64,000 bases of DNA from contig CAWDJJ010000003.1 in assembly GCA_963802635.1 (NCBI GenBank), positions 636,553 through 700,552 of the forward strand, in the 5' to 3' direction. The notes beneath the pieces are model-generated. The model was not told where the DNA came from, did not search any database, and was given only the letters and a program-made list of their open reading frames with translations. The DNA comes from an uncultured Chloroflexia bacterium (GTDB taxonomy: Bacteria; Chloroflexota; Ktedonobacteria; Ktedonobacterales; Ktedonobacteraceae). Below, piece by piece: positions 28,389 through 37,963 of the stretch (within the stretch, counting starts at the first letter, position 1; the number at the start of each line of letters is the position of its first letter). The position numbers and the translations under genes were made by a program.

Positions 28389-28423
28389 CCCAAATTGAGT
28401 CAACAGTAGAGAGGATGACGTTC

Positions 28424-29482
28424 ATGATTATCACACTTCACAACCAGGCGACCAGCGACGAACGAGCGCAATTGATGACACTACTCTGCCGCATCACCGG
28501 CAGTCAATGTCCAATCACCACGACTGTCATAAGCGAGCGCGAAGTAATTGCGCTCGATAGCAACCTGATTAATAGCCAGGCACAAAGCGCATTAGAAGCG
28601 TTAAACGCCGTTGATAGCATCCTTAGCATCAAAACTGCCTACCAGCTAGTCAGCCGCACGTTCCAGGCAAGCACAAGTAGCATTGCCGTAGGTAATGCGC
28701 GCGACTGTAATCCGGTGACTATTGGCAGTGGGGCACCTGTGATGATGGCAGGACCTTGCGCCGTCGAGAGCCGGGAACAGTTGCTTGCCACTGCACGCGC
28801 CGTCAAACAGGCTGGCGCGCAAATCTTGCGCGGAGGAGCCTTCAAACCTCGTACATCGCCCTACCAGTTCCAGGGACTCGGCGTTGAAGGGCTGCACATG
28901 CTGGCGGAAGCACGCGAGATTACGGGACTACCCGTGATTACCGAAGTCATGGAACCCGCTATGGTAGAGCCTGTAGCGCAGTTCGCGGACATATTACAGA
29001 TCGGTTCGCGCAATATGCAGAATTTCCCGCTGCTATCGACGGTAGGTAGACATAGTAAGCAGCTTCCAGTGCTACTCAAGCGTGGATTGTCAGCCACCAT
29101 CGACGAATGGTTATTGGCGGCTGAATACATTGCCGCGGCAGGCAACCCTAACATCATCCTCTGCGAACGCGGCATACGCAGCTATGATCCCCAGACGCGC
29201 AATGTGCTTGACCTGACCTGTGTGCCATTGCTCCACGAATTAACCCACTTGCCGATTATTGTTGACCCAAGCCATGCTACTGGTCGCCGCGAATTAGTGC
29301 CAGCCATGTCGCGCGCCAGCATTGCCGCTGAAGCCGATGGCCTGATCATCGAGACCCATCTTGATCCCAACACAGCCTTATGCGACGGGCGACAATCGAT
29401 TACGCCCGAGCAACTAGCAAAAATCGTGCGCGAAACCAGGCTTTTCACACGCATGATGCACGAGGAGACACGTGTGGCATAA
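28424..29482 (+). CDS. aroG: 3-deoxy-7-phosphoheptulonate (DAHP) synthase, type I-beta with N-terminal ferredoxin-like regulatory domain
   Basis: collinear with Thermotoga-type DAH7PS: 'MIITLH' N-domain, 'AGPCAVES', '[19 protein letters not shown]', 'KRG', 'ILCERGIR', 'VDPSH'; the track TTG start at 28334 is rejected. Confidence 0.8.
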   Translation: MIITLHNQATSDERAQLMTLLCRITGSQCPITTTVISEREVIALDSNLINSQAQSALEALNAVDSILSIKTAYQLVSRTFQASTSSIAVGNARDCNPVTIGSGAPVMMAGPCAVESREQLLATARAVKQAGAQILRGGAFKPRTSPYQFQGLGVEGLHMLAEAREITGLPVITEVMEPAMVEPVAQFADILQIGSRNMQNFPLLSTVGRHSKQLPVLLKRGLSATIDEWLLAAEYIAAAGNPNIILCERGIRSYDPQTRNVLDLTCVPLLHELTHLPIIVDPSHATGRRELVPAMSRASIAAEADGLIIETHLDPNTALCDGRQSITPEQLAKIVRETRLFTRMMHEETRVA

Positions 29483-29605
29483 GCGCTGTAAGATTCCCAG
29501 GCAACAGCTATCGACTCACAACACACACTTATGCTATACTCTGCGTAGGTAGAAAGAGTATTTTCTATGACGGTGGGGGATAGACCAAGGCTTTGAGGAG
29601 ACACT

Positions 29606-30179
29606 ATGCCAACACGAATTATTATTGCCGATGACGAAGCCATTCAGCGCATGGACTTAAAAGATGTGCTGACCAAGCAGGGATACCTCGTAATTGGGGA
29701 GGCGGGCGACGGCCAAAGTGCCATCAATCTGGCCCGCGAACTGCGACCGGATCTGCTTATTATGGACATTCGTATGCCCGATATGGATGGCATTGCCGCC
29801 GCCGAAACACTTACGCAGGAAAAGATCGCACCAGTATTGTTGCTCACGGCCTTCGGGGACCAGCAACTCGTGGAACGAGCAAAAGAGGCAGGCGTGGTTA
29901 ATTACATTGTGAAACCACTGCGTGAGAGCGAAGTTACGCCTGCTATCGAAGTTACACTGGCTCGCTACAGCGAGTTCCGCGCTCTGGAGGAAGAGAATCG
30001 CAGCCTCTCAGATGAAACTCGAGACACGCAAAGTCGTCGAACGAGCAAAAGGACTCTTGATGGAAAAGCAAGGACTCAGCGAACAGGAAGCTTTCCGTAA
30101 GATCCAGAAGGCAAGCATGAACAATCGTAAGTCTATGCGCGAGGTAGCTGAAGCTATCTTGTTGACGAACGAAATGTAA
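29606..30179 (+). CDS. two-component response regulator with ANTAR RNA-binding output domain (apparent +1 frameshift between REC and ANTAR)
   Basis: REC 'IIIADDE...DLLIMDIRMPDMDG...LLLTAF'; ANTAR 'LETRKVVERAKGLLMEKQGLSEQEAFRKIQKASMNNRKSMREVAEAIL' lies in the next frame from about 30030. Confidence 0.55.
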
Positions 30180-30238
30180 CCGTAAAAGGATAGGGCAAAT
30201 GGAGCAACGCTGCTACACACTGCCCTCATCTAGTAAAG

Positions 30239-31162
30239 ATGGAAATACTCATGTCATTGACAACGAGCATAGCACAAACTGTTGTTGTCGTAGGCATTCG
30301 TTTTCGTCCTGCCGGTCGTATCTATTACTTTGACCCTGTAGAGCACACGTTTACGACAGGCCAGTACGTCATTGTGGAAACCGTGCGTGGGGTTGAGGCA
30401 GGGCGCGTGGTGATTGCCTCTAAGAAGATCGCAGAGAGTGATCTGAGTGATCCACTGAAACCCGTCTTGCATTTGGCAACCGAAGACGAATTGCGCATGA
30501 TGCTTGCATACAAAAGTAAAGAGAAAGAAGCGCTGACGCGCTGCCACGAACGTATCGTGCAACATCGTCTGCCCATGAAGCTCGTGGAGGCTGAATATAC
30601 GTTTGATGGTAGTCGGCTGACTTTTTACTTTACAGCGGATGAACGCGTTGATTTCCGCGCACTCGTACGTGATCTGGCCGCGACATTTCGCACACGCATC
30701 GAATTGCGCCAGATCGGCGCACGAGATCAAGCGAAGCTGCAGGGGGGCGTTGGCCCATGTGGCAAAACTCTCTGTTGTAGTTCCTGGATCACTGACTTTG
30801 GTATTGTTTCGATCAAGATGGCGAAAGAGCAAGGACTACCGCTCAATCCTTCAAAAATATCTGGTGTCTGTGGCCGTCTGATGTGTTGTCTCTCGTACGA
30901 AAACGACAACTACATTCAGGCCAAAAGACAGATGCCACAGATCGGAACCTTTCTCGACACACTCAGTGGTCCCGGTAAAGTAGTCTCGGTGAATGTGCCG
31001 CAAAATTCAGTCGAAGTCATGCTAGAGAGCGGTGTCACCATTCACATCCCTGTTGATATACCAGAAGAGCAGCCACGCAGTTGCGGTAGCGGCGGCTGTG
31101 GGAGCTGTGGAAACACCAGGAGCAGCGGCGGCTGTGGTTCTTGTAACATCAAAAAGAAATAA
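30239..31162 (+). CDS. ricT: PSP1-domain protein RicT (YaaT)
   Basis: collinear with B. subtilis YaaT: 'VVGIRF..AGRIYYFDP', 'VIVETVRGVE', 'MKLVEAEYTFDGSRLTFYFTADERVDFRALVRDLAATFRTRIELRQIG', 'GPCGKTLCC', 'CGRLMCCLSYEN'; Cys/Gly-rich tail. Confidence 0.8.
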   Translation: MEILMSLTTSIAQTVVVVGIRFRPAGRIYYFDPVEHTFTTGQYVIVETVRGVEAGRVVIASKKIAESDLSDPLKPVLHLATEDELRMMLAYKSKEKEALTRCHERIVQHRLPMKLVEAEYTFDGSRLTFYFTADERVDFRALVRDLAATFRTRIELRQIGARDQAKLQGGVGPCGKTLCCSSWITDFGIVSIKMAKEQGLPLNPSKISGVCGRLMCCLSYENDNYIQAKRQMPQIGTFLDTLSGPGKVVSVNVPQNSVEVMLESGVTIHIPVDIPEEQPRSCGSGGCGSCGNTRSSGGCGSCNIKKK

Positions 31163-31211
31163 TTACGCTTGAAGCATCCTGGTGCAGAGATGAGAGGAAG
31201 GTGTGTAATAT

Positions 31212-32789
31212 ATGTCGTCAGACGGGCAAGACCCAGGGGCCATCTGGCACGGTCCCGCAAATGCTAATTTGAACCAGCCATCTGAGCAAGTTCCAGGATC
31301 AGACCTCGAAGAACTGCCACTTTCTCCTCATCAGAAGCAAGCTAGCGCATTTTATGCTGGCACACCGCTTCCTGCCGATAGCATAGACGATCAGCATAAT
31401 ATGGGTCCAGATGACGATATCGATGCAACTGACCAGAGAGCAGACGCATCGCCCAGAGGGCTACTCGACCGACTTAAACAATACCTCACGTCGATGATTG
31501 CGCCCTTGCTTTTTGGCGGCATTACCGGCCTGATCGTGCTTTCAGAGATCGCGCTCAGGCACGCAGCAACCCCACCAGCAGCTTTCTGGCCTGTCACTAT
31601 CGTCCTCATCGCCATTGCTATCGCACAAGGGATAGCGATCTACCATGCGGGTGACGATAACGGCCTATGGGCACTCAGTATGCTAGGCGGGTTTTTCCTC
31701 TTCCTGCTTGTTGCATGTTTTGCACTATTTGGACCAATTCCAGGCTTTCTGCTGCTCGTAGTCCTGACTATCGTAGCTATCTTCACGGCAAGACGCAGCA
31801 TTCATCCGGTCCCCGAAGGCTTTGCCGATATCGTATTTAGCGCCAAAAAGTATAGCCGCACCCTTTATCCTGGCTTCAACGTCCTGCTGCCCTGGGAAGA
31901 GATCGCCGCGCAACTCAACACAGCCGAGACACAGTGGATATGCCCAGCTCAAACAGTCCAATTATCGCGAGACGAAGACGTGGTTTTGCGTGCAGTCATT
32001 GCCTACCAATTATTGCCAGAAGATGCGCACCTGGCGATCACACAGGTCAACAACTGGGAAGAGAGTGTGCGCAACCTGTTTATCGTCACTTTACAAACGA
32101 TTGCGACGCTCTTTCAGCCAGAGGACTTTCTCAGTTGGCCCAATGGGCTGCAAGCGCGTCATAGCTACCAACCTGAGCAGCAGAGCGAAGACGATTTCAA
32201 AGGTGGTATAGCACGACGAGAGCGCATCAACACCTACCTGTTCCAGCGTATGCGCGATAAAGTAGCCCTCTGGGGTGTGCAAATCAACTGGGTCAGTATC
32301 CGCGACGTTGAACTTGCACCACATGGTGTCATTGTTGTCGATACACAACAAGCTGAGCCGGAGCCACAAGCACAGCCACAGCCTGCAGCACAACCCGCAC
32401 AGGTGGTGCTACCAGCGGCCCCAGCGAAACAAGCAACACCTGCAGTTACGGCACAAAAGAGCACGACCGTACCCAAACCATCAGAAACAACAATTGTCAG
32501 CTCACCGCCTGCAGCAGCAACACCCACGCAACTGCCCAAAGAGGAGTTCCTGATCAAAATATATAAAGAAGTGCAAAATGGTCACATCACCGACTCAGAT
32601 ACGATTCGCGGCTTCGCAGCGAAATTCGAGCAGGTTGCGCAAGATCCCCAGGCAAGCCAGACCGTCAGCTTTGATGCCGCGCGCGCCGCGCTGAACTTAT
32701 ATGAGCAAGCCAGGAAGTATGAAGAACGACAGTCCCACACCTATAACGACGCCACAAAGCCTGATTGGAAGGTTGCTCCACCGCACTAA
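31212..32789 (+). CDS. membrane protein with SPFH/band-7-like domain and Pro/Gln-rich C-terminus
   Basis: two TM helices then a region resembling SPFH ('FNVLLPWEEIAAQLNTAETQW...VQLSRDEDVVLRAVIAYQL'); low-complexity 'EPEPQAQPQPAAQPAQ'. Confidence 0.5.
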   Translation: MSSDGQDPGAIWHGPANANLNQPSEQVPGSDLEELPLSPHQKQASAFYAGTPLPADSIDDQHNMGPDDDIDATDQRADASPRGLLDRLKQYLTSMIAPLLFGGITGLIVLSEIALRHAATPPAAFWPVTIVLIAIAIAQGIAIYHAGDDNGLWALSMLGGFFLFLLVACFALFGPIPGFLLLVVLTIVAIFTARRSIHPVPEGFADIVFSAKKYSRTLYPGFNVLLPWEEIAAQLNTAETQWICPAQTVQLSRDEDVVLRAVIAYQLLPEDAHLAITQVNNWEESVRNLFIVTLQTIATLFQPEDFLSWPNGLQARHSYQPEQQSEDDFKGGIARRERINTYLFQRMRDKVALWGVQINWVSIRDVELAPHGVIVVDTQQAEPEPQAQPQPAAQPAQVVLPAAPAKQATPAVTAQKSTTVPKPSETTIVSSPPAAATPTQLPKEEFLIKIYKEVQNGHITDSDTIRGFAAKFEQVAQDPQASQTVSFDAARAALNLYEQARKYEERQSHTYNDATKPDWKVAPPH

Positions 32790-32934
32790 ATAAAACGGCA
32801 TATGTCATGCGGATAATTCACGTTCTTTTGAGCTTGAGACGGTGAGCATTTCCCGTGTGTGTTTCGCCGTTTTATTTAGTAGAACAAATAGCTGCCCTCA
32901 TTTGCTCTACAAGGGTAGCATCCTAATAAGATAA

Positions 32935-33912
32935 TTAGCGCACGGCAGTCCCGGCAAACTCACGAATAAGGTTGTTTATCTGAGCCGCTTGCTCATCTTG
33001 CAATTGTAGACTGCTCTTGTCAATAATGCGCACATCTACACGAGCGTTCGCGCGCTTGAAAGTGGCACTGGCTTCGGACGGCGTCAACAGCCCCTCGCGT
33101 CCCCACACAGCAAGTACTGGTACCTGCAAATGGGTGAAAGGCTCATGGACATCCAGATCCAGATAACCACTGAGCAAAGCAGCTAGCGCATAGTGACTAT
33201 TGGGTTGATGCGCGCTGGTGTAGATGTATTCAACCAGTTCATCTGTGATCAGACCCGGATTGTGATAGCCTTGTCGATCATAATAGCTACGAACGGCCTG
33301 GCGCGAGGTCAGGATATTGTAGATGAACTGACCAACAATCGGCGCACGCAGGACGAACTTTAACAGCCCATTGAGAGGCCCCAGATAAGATTCCTGCAAC
33401 AGAGTTGGCGGTGGAGCAAGCAGCACCAACCGCTCAAATAATTGTGGCTGGCGATAAGCGCCAGCGATAGCATAAGCACAGGTCAGACCATGTGCAACCA
33501 CAACCGCTGGTTTGCCAACCACCTCCGCAACGAAGTCGCTGAGCAGGTCCGCAAAGATTTCGGCTTCATACTCAATTGCCGGACGATCAGAGAGGCCAAA
33601 ACCGAGCAAGTCCAGTGTATAGACGCGAAACTGTTCTGATAGTGCGGAAATATTCTTGCGCCACTCATAGGACGAAGCGCCTGGACTAAAACCATGAATG
33701 AGGACAAGCGGTTTTGCCGCAGACTCGCCCTGTACAGTATAAAACGCATCTCCATATTTCCAAGGATAGCGGCGCTCCTCACCGCTCAATACCGTATCAA
33801 GCTCACCGGCCATCGCCTCTGTTACTTTATTAAAAAGAGCAAGTACCCCTAAAGTACCGCCAACAAGCAAACCTGTAGTAAATACTTTTTTTGCAAATGC
33901 CATGGACAACAC
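32935..33912 (-). CDS. alpha/beta-hydrolase fold protein
   Basis: signal/TM N-terminus; 'LVLIHGFSPGASSYEW' core; the expected GxSxG nucleophile elbow reads 'HGLTCAY'. Confidence 0.65.
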   Translation of the reverse strand: MLSMAFAKKVFTTGLLVGGTLGVLALFNKVTEAMAGELDTVLSGEERRYPWKYGDAFYTVQGESAAKPLVLIHGFSPGASSYEWRKNISALSEQFRVYTLDLLGFGLSDRPAIEYEAEIFADLLSDFVAEVVGKPAVVVAHGLTCAYAIAGAYRQPQLFERLVLLAPPPTLLQESYLGPLNGLLKFVLRAPIVGQFIYNILTSRQAVRSYYDRQGYHNPGLITDELVEYIYTSAHQPNSHYALAALLSGYLDLDVHEPFTHLQVPVLAVWGREGLLTPSEASATFKRANARVDVRIIDKSSLQLQDEQAAQINNLIREFAGTAVR

Positions 33913-34025
33913 TCCTACTTTGTTCCTAAGGAAATTTCAATCCCCTTCAGCGGGCCACAAAAGAACAGACATTCCCGCCACTCCGTCAGGAAGAAAGTAT
34001 AACACGAAACCCTGAGAGATCAAGT

Positions 34026-34412
34026 ATATTGCCTTGCATGGGTGAGCGTCAGATTTTTGCAAACGGGTAGGGGCGGCGCTTGCCTCCGCCCCACAGGCCG
34101 TCCCAGGCACATCCAGGGCGCACGCGAGGTCCGCCCCTACCCGTTTGCTCCTGCCTCTACTCAACCGGTCAGGTGCTCCAGTGCAAAAAATTGACGGCCA
34201 CCCGCCTTGCATTCAGATGAGAACTGTGCTGCCGCACATTTCTAGCAACCTCCGCTCTGTCAGATGAGTCGAAGGCTAGAGGCGGTAGCCTCGTTTCTGA
34301 CAGACCAAGAGGGACGAGAGTTGCTGATCCGCCTGACTGACTGCGCAGCAGTAGCTGCGTCAGCAGCGTTGTCAGGTGGAACAAGAACGCATTTCTGAAT
34401 GCATATGGGTAT
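34026..34412 (-). repeat. compound MITE-family region (reverse orientation) with embedded 16-bp perfect inverted repeat
   Basis: tatattgccttgcat... ; aaacgggtaggggcgg (34061-76) / ccgcccctacccgttt (34131-46); then ccttgcattcagatgag...ctgtcagatgag...gcatatgggtat. Confidence 0.6.
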
Positions 34413-34573
34413 GAAGATACATTAAGCAGTAATATAGCATGTGCAATGAGATGGCGCAAACATCTGCACTAGCCTTTCAGGGCTTTGCAACGTATCATAT
34501 GTAGGCTATAGTTCTTAATTATGGAAGCAGGCTTCCTTCACTGAAGAGAGGTCCAAGGACAAAGTGAGGAAAC

Positions 34574-35491
34574 ATGTCAGACCTATCATCATTCCTGCAT
34601 ATTTCACCCGAAGTACAGACCGCATTGAACGAGCAACAGCCAGTTATTGCCCTCGAATTGACGGTTATTTCTCACGGCCTACCTTTTCCGGCTAATCTGG
34701 AGATAGCGCAAACCATGGAAGAGACAATTAGAGCAGAAGGAGCAATTCCAGCAACTATCGGCATTCATGATGGGAAGATTGTGATCGGTCTATCCCAGAA
34801 AGAGATTACGTACCTGGCAACCGCATCACCTATCCAAAAAGTCAGTCGACGCGATCTTGCGATCACGCTAGCGGCAGGCACCTGGGGAGCAACAACCGTC
34901 GCAGGTACCATGCTATGCGCCAGCCTGGTTGGCATTCACTTTTTCGCCACTGGAGGTATCGGCGGAGTCCACCGTGGAGCAGAGAAGAGTATGGATATTT
35001 CCGCCGATTTACAAGAGTTGAGCCGCACACCCGTGCTGGTAACGTGCGCTGGAGCAAAATCTATTCTTGATCTCGACCTCACCCTTGAGTATCTTGAGAC
35101 CCAGGGAGTACCGGTGATCGGTTGGCAAACCGACAAGTTTCCCGCCTTCTATATACGGCAGAGTGGACGCTACATTCCGCATCGTGTCGATGCAGTCAAT
35201 ACTATCGCTGACATTGCACACGCCCAATGGACATGCGGCTTACATGGGCTGGTTGTAGGCTGTCCACTACCAGAAGAGTATGCGTTGGAAGCTGGCGCAC
35301 TAGAAACCGCCATTAGCGAGGCGCTCATAGCCGCAGAGATACAGAGTATACGCGGCGCAGAGATTACGCCATTTCTCATGGCACGTGTAGCAGAAGCGAC
35401 AACAGGCAAAAGCGTTGCCGCGAACAAAGCACTCTTACTCAACAATGCTCAATGGGCTGCTCGTTTTGCGTGCGCATATTACCAGCGCTAA
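34574..35491 (+). CDS. psuG: pseudouridine-5'-phosphate glycosidase
   Basis: 'FFATGGIGGVHRGAEKSMDISADLQEL', 'VTCAGAKSILDL' match YeiN/PsuG. Confidence 0.85.
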   Translation: MSDLSSFLHISPEVQTALNEQQPVIALELTVISHGLPFPANLEIAQTMEETIRAEGAIPATIGIHDGKIVIGLSQKEITYLATASPIQKVSRRDLAITLAAGTWGATTVAGTMLCASLVGIHFFATGGIGGVHRGAEKSMDISADLQELSRTPVLVTCAGAKSILDLDLTLEYLETQGVPVIGWQTDKFPAFYIRQSGRYIPHRVDAVNTIADIAHAQWTCGLHGLVVGCPLPEEYALEAGALETAISEALIAAEIQSIRGAEITPFLMARVAEATTGKSVAANKALLLNNAQWAARFACAYYQR

Positions 35492-35512
35492 GGCATGGTT
35501 TTGAACCATGCC
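35492..35512 (+). terminator. hairpin ggcatggtt-ttg-aaccatgcc after psuG
   Basis: 9-bp stem, short loop, T-rich tail. Confidence 0.45.
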
Positions 35513-35589
35513 AGATGTTGATTTATTCAGGCGTAAGGACTACAATATGAAACGCGCAGAGATTTCATGCATGCGTACTGGACAGTTCA

Positions 35590-36021
35590 TTGCATACTGA
35601 ATGGCATAGGGTAAATCCTCCTCGAAAGGAGCCATATACTGTGAATCACGTGATAGATAAGCGTAAGGTGATGTGGGGTGTGATCCTCACCTTTCTATGG
35701 ATGCTCATTTTCATATTTATCAAAAGCAGCATTGTCATAGACTGGAACGACAATTACCAAAACCTCACCTCCCTCAAGCCTATCCTCGAAGTAGTCGGCC
35801 TGCTGGTCATCGTTTTCTTTAACATCTTCTATAGGTCCAACGACGAGACCACAAAACTCAGCCTGACTGCAACGCTTACCATTTCCTGGCTTGCACTCAT
35901 TATCTTCTACCCCTTTAAAACTGACATTAGCGGCGGCGCTGTCGGTTTCTTTGCGCTGATTGGCGGCCTGGCCGTCTGCGTACTATGGGTGCATTTCTTC
36001 TCTGATGAAATAGTGGCGTAA
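35590..36021 (+). CDS. hypothetical membrane protein
   Basis: 3-4 TM helices; start uncertain (alternative MWGVILTF). Confidence 0.4.
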   Translation: MHTEWHRVNPPRKEPYTVNHVIDKRKVMWGVILTFLWMLIFIFIKSSIVIDWNDNYQNLTSLKPILEVVGLLVIVFFNIFYRSNDETTKLSLTATLTISWLALIIFYPFKTDISGGAVGFFALIGGLAVCVLWVHFFSDEIVA

Positions 36022-36207
36022 GCTCATAAGCAGACACATGGAGGAGAGCATTGAGTCTGGTGCTATGCAGTACTCAGTACATCCTCCATACAGCCTGCCT
36101 GCCTGCTATGAGCTTCCGCAGCAAACGCCATACAACAGGAAAATCTATTTATAATTCCACTTTCCTAATAAAAGTCTTGTTTCTCTACGTACACAGAGGA
36201 GTATTAG

Positions 36208-36216
36208 TGTTATAAT
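36208..36216 (+). promoter_or_regulatory. extended -10 element TGtTATAAT
   Basis: tgttataat about 75 bp upstream of the response-regulator gene. Confidence 0.25.
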
Positions 36217-36290
36217 ACACTTACGCCTGAGCGGGGTACTGTGTTGACTGCTAGTGCCTTGCCCGTGCCATGTTGTTTTTGAGATAAGGG

Positions 36291-36686
36291 ATGGCTTCTA
36301 TGGCAAAAAAAATACTTATTATGGATGATGATCCAACCATTGCTGATCTGCTGACCGAAGCTCTGGCGGATGAAGGCTACGAAACGCATATGACGACACA
36401 GAGCTTGCGCTTTTACGATTCTGTCCGCGAACACCAGCCAGATCTCGTGTTACTCGATCTGATGATGCCTTACCTGGACGGACGTGACGAATTGAAACTG
36501 ATGGCAATGAACATCGATTACCAGATCCCTGTGATCGTGGTTACAGCTTTCCTGGGTGCCGCGAGCGAAGAGCAAGAGTTCCGTGAAGCTGGCGTCGTCC
36601 ACATCGTCTACAAGCCCTTCGACCTGGACAAGCTAGTTGATCTGGTCAAAAGAACGATTGGAGAACCTGGGGGTTGGGAAGCATGA
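36291..36686 (+). CDS. single-domain response regulator (CheY-like receiver)
   Basis: 'KKILIMDDD...DLVLLDLMMPYLDG...PVIVVTAF...K' receiver motifs. Confidence 0.7.
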   Translation: MASMAKKILIMDDDPTIADLLTEALADEGYETHMTTQSLRFYDSVREHQPDLVLLDLMMPYLDGRDELKLMAMNIDYQIPVIVVTAFLGAASEEQEFREAGVVHIVYKPFDLDKLVDLVKRTIGEPGGWEA

Positions 36687-37741
36687 GTGCTAGCGCTTCT
36701 GCTCCTGTGCGCGTTGCCCTTGATGTTATGGGCGGTGACAATGCACCCGCTGAAACCGTGCTAGGCGCAGTACAGGCAGCTCGTGAATATGGCATCGGCG
36801 TCTACCTCGTTGGGTACGAGGATGTTATTCGCAGCGAACTAGCGAAACACGATTGCAGTGGTCTTGATCTGCCCATCGTCCACACCGACGAAGTCATAGA
36901 GATGGACGAGCATCCAGCCAATGCGGTGCGCCGTAAGAAAAATGCATCGATGATCCTTACCTTACAACTGGTACGCGATAGTGCGGCACTTGGAGCGGTC
37001 TCGGCTGGCAATAGCGGAGCCATGATGGCGGCTTCACTTTTCACGCTCAAACGTCTCCCGGGAGTCGACCGTCCCGCACTGGGCGGTGTTTTCCCGGCCC
37101 AAAATGGTGTTTGTCTGATTGTTGACATGGGCGCAAACACCGATTGCAAACCTGAGTACCTGCAACAATTTGCACTGATGGGTTCCATCTACATGCAGCG
37201 CATCTTTCACATTGCTGCACCACGGGTTGGACTCCTCGCCAATGGCGAAGAAGAGAGCAAGGGCAATCAGCAGGTCATTGAAACCCACCATTTGCTTAAA
37301 GCGAACGCTGGCACGCTGGATATCAACTTCATCGGTAACATCGAAGGTCGCGACATTGCCACAAATGGTGCAGACGTCGTCGTGTGCGACGGCTTCGTAG
37401 GCAATGTCGTGTTGAAGCTCAGCGAAGGGCTAGCAGAGACATTGATCAGCTTGTTGCACACACAGATGACCAGTTCTTTCGTTAATAAACTTGCTGCTGC
37501 CGTACTCCAACCAGGCTTGCGCAAAACCTTTAAGCGTCTCGATTATGCTGAATATGGCGGTGTACCACTGCTTGGCGTCAACGGTTCGGCGATTATCGCA
37601 CACGGTCGCTCCAATGCAAAGGCCATCAAAAATGCATTACGTGTGGCACGTCAAACGGCAGAAACAGGCGTAGCAAGCGCCATCGCCGAGGGACTGGCCC
37701 GGCTCGGAGCGTCTGAAGATAAGCAACAAGCAGAGGTTTAG
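36674..37741 (+). CDS. plsX: phosphate acyltransferase PlsX
   Basis: 'VALDVMGGDNAP', 'AVSAGNSGAMMA', 'VCDGFVGNVVLK' PlsX motifs. Confidence 0.85.
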   Translation: MGSMSASASAPVRVALDVMGGDNAPAETVLGAVQAAREYGIGVYLVGYEDVIRSELAKHDCSGLDLPIVHTDEVIEMDEHPANAVRRKKNASMILTLQLVRDSAALGAVSAGNSGAMMAASLFTLKRLPGVDRPALGGVFPAQNGVCLIVDMGANTDCKPEYLQQFALMGSIYMQRIFHIAAPRVGLLANGEEESKGNQQVIETHHLLKANAGTLDINFIGNIEGRDIATNGADVVVCDGFVGNVVLKLSEGLAETLISLLHTQMTSSFVNKLAAAVLQPGLRKTFKRLDYAEYGGVPLLGVNGSAIIAHGRSNAKAIKNALRVARQTAETGVASAIAEGLARLGASEDKQQAEV

Positions 37742-37810
37742 TACTCGTGCCAATTCTTTGCGCTGCTTCTAGCTTGATCAGGTACAGTGAATTGGCAGGC
37801 GCTCTCGTCT

Positions 37811-37877
37811 ATACCCATATGCATTCAGATGAGAAATATGGTCTGGCACATTTCTCATCTGAGTGCATGGCAATATA
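37811..37877 (+). repeat. MITE-family short copy
   Basis: tacccatatgcattcagatgagaaatatggtctggcacatttctcatctgagtgcatggcaatatat. Confidence 0.6.
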
Positions 37878-37963
37878 TGCGTTATTCCGATGCCGTTGAA
37901 ATGTAGATACTCTCTTGCTGAAACACAAAGCTGGCTTTCTACGCCGCGCGCAATACCAGCAGG

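Noticed and set aside
28334-28423. TTG-initiated N-terminal extension of DAHP synthase
   Set aside because: The extension spans the leader terminator and T-run. Homology to Thermotoga-type DAH7PS begins at MIITLH (28424).
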